A stretch of DNA of 22,002 nt from a virus, in the IMG/VR virus record IMGVR_UViG_3300009285_005630, one strand, 5' to 3'. The translations under genes and the position numbers were made by a program. This document shows positions 15,662 through 22,002 of the stretch, in pieces. The stretch's first letter is position 1, and every line of letters begins with the position of its first letter. Under the pieces are notes generated by a model. It saw only the letters and a program-made list of their open reading frames with translations. It was not told the origin of the DNA and ran no database searches.

Positions 15662-17173
15662 ATGGCAAACGCAAAACTATCCCTCCTGGCCAGAGACTTC
15701 GGGAAGATCCGCGAAGAGGCAGTGACTCAGATCCCGAAGCTCACGGACCTCTGGACGGATTTCAATGAATACGACCCCGGCATGGTCATTTTGGAACTCC
15801 TGGCAGGCATGATGTCTACAATGCAGTTTTACGCCGACAACAACGTCGGGGAATGCTTCCTCATGCAGGCGAGACAGCGGAAAAACGTCAAACACCTATG
15901 CCGGGGCATTGCCTATGAATTGAAACCCCCCTACTCCGCCGTCGGAACGATTCGTCTGACTAATACCTCGGGGGGGCCGGTAAGTTTCTCTAAGTACACA
16001 CACGCCGCGCAGACCGTGGAAACCGTCACGTCGCTCCCGTTCGTTATCCCCGTGGACGTGGCCGTTCCCGCCAACTCCTTCCTGGACGTGGACGTGGTTC
16101 AAGGAACCTTGGTGACGCACGCATTAACTTCGGACGGAAGCACGGCCAGCCAAAGTGTATTACTGTCCGAGACCGTACCCCCTCGCGTCAAAGACATAGC
16201 CTACAACGGCATTGACATTTGGTGGGGGGCGGATCAATGGACGCGGGTTGACTCTCTGGTGGGTTCCGGCGCATTGGACAAGCATTTTGAGGTCTATCTG
16301 GATGATGAGGACCGCTTTTACATTGTGTTTGGCGATGGCATCTTTGGCGCGATTCCTCCGGCGGGAGCCGGGGTCGCCTATTATCTTCGGACGGACGCCA
16401 GTTCCGGCAATGTCGGGGCGGGTAAAGTCGCCGCATTATCCCCCGCAGTTTCGGGGCTGACCTGCGCCAACGCAGAGGCGATGACGGGGGGACGCGCGCA
16501 ACAGACCATCGAAGACGCCAAGCGTCAAGCGCCTCCGCTAATGGCCTCCCTCAACCGCGCCGTGGCGACTCCCGATTATCGGTACTGGATTCTGGAGAAT
16601 CCCAGCGTCGTCAAGGCCGTCGTGTGGGGGGAACAAGAGGAACTCCCCCCGAACTACGACATGATGAATCGGGTGCAGTTCTCCATCGTCGCCACGGGAG
16701 ACTCCGATCCGGAACCCGTTGCCGTGGCGGTGGTGGCCGCCTTGGAATCGAAACGAGTCATGGACGTGTCCATGGTGCATGTCGTTCGGCACTGGGCGGA
16801 ATTCAACATGGCCATGGACCTCTACGTTGGCTCTCAGTACAGCAAAGCCGGTGTAGAAACCGCCGTGCGCGCGGCCGTGCAAGCATACTTCGCCTTGGAC
16901 GCCGTTGACTTTGGGCAGGATATCTACCCTGGGGAATTGTACAAAATTATTCTAGCCGTGGAGGGTGTCCAAAGTGTAGTGATCACGGCGCTGCAACGCT
17001 CGGCGTCCAAGTTCATTCCCGACCCCTACATTGATACCTCTTCCCTTATTCAAACCAAAGCACTCCACCGCTGGGAGATTCCCAAGCTGCGCGCTACGCC
17101 GGAGCCTATAGCCATCACCACGCACACGTACGGTGACAGTCCTGCGCAGGACGCCTTGTCGAGGTTTGTCTGA
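15662..17173 (+). CDS. Baseplate wedge protein (T4 gp6 / baseplate J-like)
   Basis: RDF..IR, WTDFNEYDPGMVILELLA, ECFL..AR.R.NV, FGDG.FG.IPP, GG....TIEDAKR.AP, RAVATPDY motifs; TAAGGAG SD. Confidence 0.93.
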   Translation: MANAKLSLLARDFGKIREEAVTQIPKLTDLWTDFNEYDPGMVILELLAGMMSTMQFYADNNVGECFLMQARQRKNVKHLCRGIAYELKPPYSAVGTIRLTNTSGGPVSFSKYTHAAQTVETVTSLPFVIPVDVAVPANSFLDVDVVQGTLVTHALTSDGSTASQSVLLSETVPPRVKDIAYNGIDIWWGADQWTRVDSLVGSGALDKHFEVYLDDEDRFYIVFGDGIFGAIPPAGAGVAYYLRTDASSGNVGAGKVAALSPAVSGLTCANAEAMTGGRAQQTIEDAKRQAPPLMASLNRAVATPDYRYWILENPSVVKAVVWGEQEELPPNYDMMNRVQFSIVATGDSDPEPVAVAVVAALESKRVMDVSMVHVVRHWAEFNMAMDLYVGSQYSKAGVETAVRAAVQAYFALDAVDFGQDIYPGELYKIILAVEGVQSVVITALQRSASKFIPDPYIDTSSLIQTKALHRWEIPKLRATPEPIAITTHTYGDSPAQDALSRFV

Positions 17174-20100
17174 TGTCCTGGACGTTTTGGAATAACCTGT
17201 TTCAGTACCTGCCTCAGGTTGCGCGGGAGGAAGAGAGCACGGGACTAGAGTTTAATCTCTACAGCGAGCACCTCCCAACGGAACTGGATGGAACGCGGGA
17301 CGGCTTGCGGGTGTATCTCTGTCATTTCAATCAGACGGAAAATGCCGTCGGCGGGGACAACCAAACGTACCCTGTGTTTTGCTCGGGGACACTACCCGAA
17401 GCCATTTACGTTACCGTTGACGGGGATGAGTATTTCCGTGTGGACGATTTGACGGCGTTGCCCCCTCCCCCTCCTTACGCCAAGGTGTTCCAAGTGACCA
17501 TGGATGCTATGGGGGACTACTCGGTGGTGTTTGGGGAATCCACTAAGGTAGATATCCCCGCGCGGAATGCCTCGCCGTGGTCAGTGGTCACGACCTACGC
17601 CGCCGGAGACACCGTGCTCTATGACAATGTGGGATGGGTCAGTCTGCAAAACGGGAACCTCGCGCACACGCCGACGGGGAATGCCACGGACACATGGTGG
17701 AGAAAAATTCAAATTATCATTCAATCCGCAGACCGGGTACCGTTGATCGGCAGGAGAATTGTCGTCCAGGTGGACATCGGTGCTGGATTGGAAACTTGGA
17801 CAAGGGTCTCCTCATTGGAGGGGACGGTCCTGGATGCCCACGTGTACGTGTTAAGCGGGGATACGGAAGGCCGAGTGTCCCTGTTATTGAATAAACTCGC
17901 AGGCGTCACAGCGTACACGTTGAGGGTCGTGTGGACGGGCTATGATAGTAATCTCCGGTTCTACATGAAGATACTGGCAAAGTATATGGATGAGATGTTG
18001 TACTCCATCCGGAACTATCCGGGTATCCGAGCCTTGGAAACGGCGGCTGACCGCTTTTTGAATGAGATTGCCAATGAATTTGGATTTCCATTGGTGTATT
18101 TTATGCCTGAGGCGGACAAGCGCTGGTTGCTCGGGAACTTAGTGGAATTCTACCGTCTAAAAGGCGCGCTTCCTTCTCTGCAAATGGTTAAATACCTGCT
18201 GGCGTATGCCACGGTTGTAGATGAGCTATGGTCATGCGATTATCAGACGTTCATCAAGTACACAGATATTCCGTCAACTCATGGCCCCATGTGGGGTATT
18301 CCTTGGGACGCTGGGGTCACTTACGCTCTCGGACGGGTGGTACGCAGCGATTCCAAGACCTGGGAAAGTCTGCAAAACGGGAATCTCAATCACGACCCTG
18401 CTGCCAGCCCAGCGTGGTGGAAAGAGATACAGCAAACCGTCCTAGGTCTGGAGGTGGCGTTTTATGCCACGGATGCCTGGACGATGGATCCCAGCATACT
18501 GTCCTCCACGGTGGGGAATACTCTGCGCATTTACTTGCCGCATGATCCGTCGGCGATCTCCATGAACCCGGATGATTACAAAGAGTACCCGTTGATGGTG
18601 GGGTCCGTGCGGCTGGTCAACAATGGAGAGGTCCGGGCGTTCTCTACGCACCGCAGGACCACGGACAAGGACGGAGAGGGTCGTGGTATCCGTTCCGGTG
18701 TCGGGGATTTTGTGGCCATAGCGGCGGATGGCACACAAGCTATCGTGGGGTATGTGTACTTCACGGAGGGGTATATCCATATCTCCGACGTGGCGGCTTT
18801 CAATGCGTTCCTGGCCAACGGCACCGTAAAATTCTACTATTCCTGGCATCATCAAACCAATGACTACTTCCCGACGCCACACGTCAGTATCAAATTTACC
18901 AATACAGACCCATCCATTACAGGAGATACCTTGGTTCAGAGACAGACGGCATTTGAGCGCGTTCTGGAACTATTGCGCCCCGCGCATATCGTCTTTGACT
19001 TGTTCTCGGTGGTGGACACCATTATCGAAAACGCCGATGAGCCGGAAGAAAACTTAGGGCTGGGTTATGGTCTGGATGAGAATGCGTTTGAAGTCAGCGT
19101 AAACAGAATCCCCTTCAATCGGGGGGAATGGAGCCAGGAACAGCCTCAGTGGGGCGTGGGGGCTACCTATGCCACCGGAGACTGGGTGACCTATCAACTG
19201 GTTCACTATCAAAGCATCCAGGATGGGAATATCGGGAATACGCCGGACGTGAGTCCGTTGTGGTGGACGGCGGCGCTTCCGGCGGAGGGCCCGGAATACG
19301 ACAGTACCCGGTCATACGAGGGTGTGGCCGGGATCGCGTTCCGAACCCCCGGACGCAGGGATGGGCGGGAAGGCATTACCCTAGTCGGCGTCACGGGAGC
19401 GGGGGGTGTGGTGGATTACTGTCTGTGGGACGCCGCCTATGACTACGCCGTCAATGCCATTGTCGAGACGCAACAGGTGTATTGGGCCAGTCTGCAAACG
19501 CCCAACGTAAATCAACCCCCTGCGTCCAGCCCCGCCTATTGGATGCAGATTTCCCCAGACACGTGGGATTCTGGAACGACCTATGCTTTGAATGATTACG
19601 CATGTTTCAAGGACGTACTATATCAAAGCCTACAAAATGGGAATCTCAATCATAACCCCGTGACCAGCCCGGCATGGTGGTCCCCTATCGTAGCCATGGC
19701 GAATCGCGTGCGTATTCTTGCCACGGAGCCCACACTGGTGCAATTCTTGTTTGAGAAATCCACACTGGATGCCGCAACCATATTAGGATTGACGGTGCTA
19801 TATATCTGGACGGATGGCACCGCGTACACCGTTGGAGATCATGTCGAAGACCTCGGCTTGGAGTATAACTGTATTTTAAACCACACTGCGGACGCCGCGA
19901 AACGCCCTCCAAACGGGACGTATTGGGCATTGATTGGGAACCCTTGGCATACCAAAGTCATCAGTACAATTGACGGGCCTTATGATTTTTCCGGTGTTTC
20001 GGATAGAACACTGCGCGTCCATATTGTAGAAGGTAATCCCGTCACGACCCCGCATACGGCAAAGATAGTGACCTTTGCGCCAGGAGAGTACAGCGTTCGG

Positions 20101-20214
20101 GAAATACTTGAGCACCTTCGCTTGGCTACGACCGGACACTTGATCAATCACACACGAGGCTCTAATTTCTTCTTAGGGCCCACGGAAATCGTCACCGTAG
20201 GATTTTCTACGTAG
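17173..20214 (+). CDS. Baseplate wedge protein (gp7 / P2 gpI-like core) with six CBM5/12-like modules
   Basis: Core motifs LFQYLP, FLNEIANEFG, LVEFYRLKG and LELLRPAH; six W-x5-Y...SLQ.GN..H.P..SP.WW-type repeats; TGATG coupling to the gp6-like gene. Confidence 0.85.
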   Translation: MSWTFWNNLFQYLPQVAREEESTGLEFNLYSEHLPTELDGTRDGLRVYLCHFNQTENAVGGDNQTYPVFCSGTLPEAIYVTVDGDEYFRVDDLTALPPPPPYAKVFQVTMDAMGDYSVVFGESTKVDIPARNASPWSVVTTYAAGDTVLYDNVGWVSLQNGNLAHTPTGNATDTWWRKIQIIIQSADRVPLIGRRIVVQVDIGAGLETWTRVSSLEGTVLDAHVYVLSGDTEGRVSLLLNKLAGVTAYTLRVVWTGYDSNLRFYMKILAKYMDEMLYSIRNYPGIRALETAADRFLNEIANEFGFPLVYFMPEADKRWLLGNLVEFYRLKGALPSLQMVKYLLAYATVVDELWSCDYQTFIKYTDIPSTHGPMWGIPWDAGVTYALGRVVRSDSKTWESLQNGNLNHDPAASPAWWKEIQQTVLGLEVAFYATDAWTMDPSILSSTVGNTLRIYLPHDPSAISMNPDDYKEYPLMVGSVRLVNNGEVRAFSTHRRTTDKDGEGRGIRSGVGDFVAIAADGTQAIVGYVYFTEGYIHISDVAAFNAFLANGTVKFYYSWHHQTNDYFPTPHVSIKFTNTDPSITGDTLVQRQTAFERVLELLRPAHIVFDLFSVVDTIIENADEPEENLGLGYGLDENAFEVSVNRIPFNRGEWSQEQPQWGVGATYATGDWVTYQLVHYQSIQDGNIGNTPDVSPLWWTAALPAEGPEYDSTRSYEGVAGIAFRTPGRRDGREGITLVGVTGAGGVVDYCLWDAAYDYAVNAIVETQQVYWASLQTPNVNQPPASSPAYWMQISPDTWDSGTTYALNDYACFKDVLYQSLQNGNLNHNPVTSPAWWSPIVAMANRVRILATEPTLVQFLFEKSTLDAATILGLTVLYIWTDGTAYTVGDHVEDLGLEYNCILNHTADAAKRPPNGTYWALIGNPWHTKVISTIDGPYDFSGVSDRTLRVHIVEGNPVTTPHTAKIVTFAPGEYSVREILEHLRLATTGHLINHTRGSNFFLGPTEIVTVGFST
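17578..19926 (+). repeat. Six dispersed ~40-aa CBM5/12 (ChtBD3)-like repeats
   Basis: Copies at ~17578-17700, 18304-18420, 19150-19266, 19426-19542, 19564-19680 and 19807-19926. Copies 1 and 2 share AGTCTGCAAAACGGGAA exactly. Confidence 0.85.
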
Positions 20215-20222
20215 GAGGAATC

Positions 20223-20711
20223 ATGAAAGATCGCGTTGAAGTTAAAGGCCATTTGACCATTCGGGTCATGGAAAACCGTGACGGCGTAGACCGCCTCTTG
20301 CGCACCGTCAGCGTGAAGAATCTCGTGGTCTGGACAGGCCGAAACGCCTTGACCCGATTAGTTGGGGGAACCACACAATCCCTCTATAAGGTCACGGCGT
20401 TGCGTGTTGGAGAAGACGTGGGTGGCCCGCACGCCCCGGCGTTGACGGACGTAGACCTGCATGATCCGATTGGAAACGCATACAACCCCGATGCCACGTA
20501 TCCGCAGTACCCAACGGACGGGAAGATTTTGTACCAGTTCACTATTCCCAAGTTGGGCTCGGGGATCCCCGATTCCACCGTGCTGTCCGAGGCGGGGCTG
20601 TTCTGTGACAACGCGGCGGCCTATGATATACTCTTTTCCCGCACAACACATCCAGACGTAACTAAAACCGATGCCATCTCCCTCATCTACACGTGGGAAA
20701 TTCAGTTTTAA
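20223..20711 (+). CDS. Small baseplate / tail-fibre attachment (tail-collar-like) protein
   Basis: KG.LTI, KNLVV..GR..L, P..TD.DL..PI, LSEAGLF, LFSR, KT....L.YTWEIQF pattern common to myophage baseplate-periphery proteins; AGGAGG SD. Confidence 0.75.
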   Translation: MKDRVEVKGHLTIRVMENRDGVDRLLRTVSVKNLVVWTGRNALTRLVGGTTQSLYKVTALRVGEDVGGPHAPALTDVDLHDPIGNAYNPDATYPQYPTDGKILYQFTIPKLGSGIPDSTVLSEAGLFCDNAAAYDILFSRTTHPDVTKTDAISLIYTWEIQF

Positions 20712-20720
20712 GGACTGACA

Positions 20721-22002
20721 ATGACTATCCCGTATGACCCCAGCGCCATTATCACGGAAGCCCGCAATGACAACTGGCCCGCCACGGTCGAGGAGTTTGT
20801 GTCCTCCGACCCGTATGTGTCCACGTATGACAACCTGCCTGTCGAGGATGAGGCGCAGCGCAGTGAGTGGCTCTACCAGCGGTTCATTCTGGGCAACGTG
20901 TATATCACTCCAACGGAACCCTCCGGAACGGGATTGATTCCCGCCGTCCCCGATGCACAGAAGGCGGTATGGATCAAGACTAAATTAGGAGCCAACGGGA
21001 GTAACGACCAAGATATCTACTATTGGACGGGAGCCACATGGGCGTTTCTGACCCGTTCCCGCGTCTACAGCGGTATCTATCACCCGAAGGCGGCGTTGGG
21101 CGTAGCCCCGACGGAAGCCACCCTGGTTGGTAGTGAATATTGCTATTCGTTCATGGGCGGGGAAACACTCATCGTCGCCATCAATGGCGGAGGGAATCAG
21201 ACCATCAACTTCAACGATGCTGGTGGTGCCCCGCTGACGGGGGACGTTCCCATGCGGGAAGTGATCCGGTGCATCTGCGAAGTCCTGGACACGGTGGAAA
21301 ATATCCCCTCATTTGCGTCCGACATGGCTAAAATCGGAGCCTTTGATTTCGTGGAAACCTCCGGTCATCATCACTTGGCACTATTCTCCCGGCAACCAAC
21401 GGGGCCGACGGGGACCCGTCCGCAGATCGTAGTGAAGTCCACGGGCACGGCGAATAGCATCTTCGGATGGAGCGGCGTCAGTGACACAACCTACGACGCC
21501 TCGGAGAATCCCGCGCAGGTGGGGGAAACGTTCATCTCCCTCTACATGCGCCCCGACATCACGGACGAAGTGAACCTGGACGTTAACAGCGGTGTGTGGG
21601 TGCTTCAAAACGATGGGTCTGCGACGGGGGAATGGCGGGATATCCTGGACTGGTTGAAGATGAAACTCAAATTCAATCGGGGCGTGTTCCCAGCCATTCA
21701 GGCCAGCATCCCCTACATGCGGGATTGGGGCTTTGGCAATGCGGGGAGCAACTTGGATTTCTTCCATGACACGTACGGCGATATTGCGGGGGGTATTTGG
21801 CAACCGACGGATATTCTCTCCGAGACCAAAGCCGCATGGACGAACTACTACGCCCGGTTCATCCTATACGTCAAACAGCGGTCCACATTGCTGGAAAAAT
21901 GGGCGCGTTATGTCAGTAGCCGGGAATGGATGGATGAATCTCCTGGCAACTTGTATACAACCACATGGAGATCCGACACCATTGATCTCACTTACTTGGG
22001 GC
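20721..22002 (+). CDS. Putative tail fibre / baseplate-periphery protein, partial (absent from the ORF track because it has no stop)
   Basis: ATG 20721 after AAGGA; open for 427 codons to the window end (MTIPYDPSAIITEARNDNWP...WIKT...IYYWTGATW...RSDTIDLTYLG); position after the attachment protein. Confidence 0.75.
   Translation, partial: MTIPYDPSAIITEARNDNWPATVEEFVSSDPYVSTYDNLPVEDEAQRSEWLYQRFILGNVYITPTEPSGTGLIPAVPDAQKAVWIKTKLGANGSNDQDIYYWTGATWAFLTRSRVYSGIYHPKAALGVAPTEATLVGSEYCYSFMGGETLIVAINGGGNQTINFNDAGGAPLTGDVPMREVIRCICEVLDTVENIPSFASDMAKIGAFDFVETSGHHHLALFSRQPTGPTGTRPQIVVKSTGTANSIFGWSGVSDTTYDASENPAQVGETFISLYMRPDITDEVNLDVNSGVWVLQNDGSATGEWRDILDWLKMKLKFNRGVFPAIQASIPYMRDWGFGNAGSNLDFFHDTYGDIAGGIWQPTDILSETKAAWTNYYARFILYVKQRSTLLEKWARYVSSREWMDESPGNLYTTTWRSDTIDLTYLG

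Noticed and set aside
13842-15976. G7 homopolymer runs (~13842, ~15970) as phase-variation switches
   Set aside because: Short, in frame within Gly codons of structural genes, and unremarkable at this GC content.
17578-19926. Repeats as a diversity-generating retroelement TR/VR pair
   Set aside because: Differences between copies are mostly synonymous rather than adenine-specific, all copies are in-frame coding, and no reverse transcriptase is present.
608-20711. Stop-codon reassignment
   Set aside because: Genes are full length under the standard code, and TAA, TGA and TAG all end genes at junctions coupled to the next start.
1-22002. tRNA/rRNA genes, CRISPR array, IS elements, introns or inteins
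   Set aside because: Almost all sequence is occupied by contiguous ORFs; no repeat-spacer pattern, transposase, homing endonuclease or intein motifs were seen.

Overview
One continuous + strand, largely translationally coupled morphogenesis operon of a contractile-tailed (myovirus-type) phage with T4-like/P2-like/eCIS-like parts. Order: possibly truncated hydrophobic protein, neck/head-closure, tail completion, tail terminator, small pre-sheath protein, decorated tail sheath, hairpin/terminator, tail tube, gp26-like chaperone with an overlapping gp51-like frame (probable programmed frameshift), tape measure, tube initiator, LysM wedge protein, hub, central spike, an unexplained ~730-aa beta-solenoid-like protein, a small beta-rich protein, gp25-like, gp6/J-like, a 1013-aa gp7/gpI-like wedge protein with six CBM5/12-like modules, a small fibre-attachment protein and a fibre-like ORF running off the right end. 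Head-tail connector genes favour a phage over a headless injection system, but no capsid, terminase or integrase gene is in the window. The first ~120 nt look compositionally foreign. No RNA genes, CRISPR arrays or IS elements were seen. All family calls come from motif recognition and synteny by eye, not from database searches.
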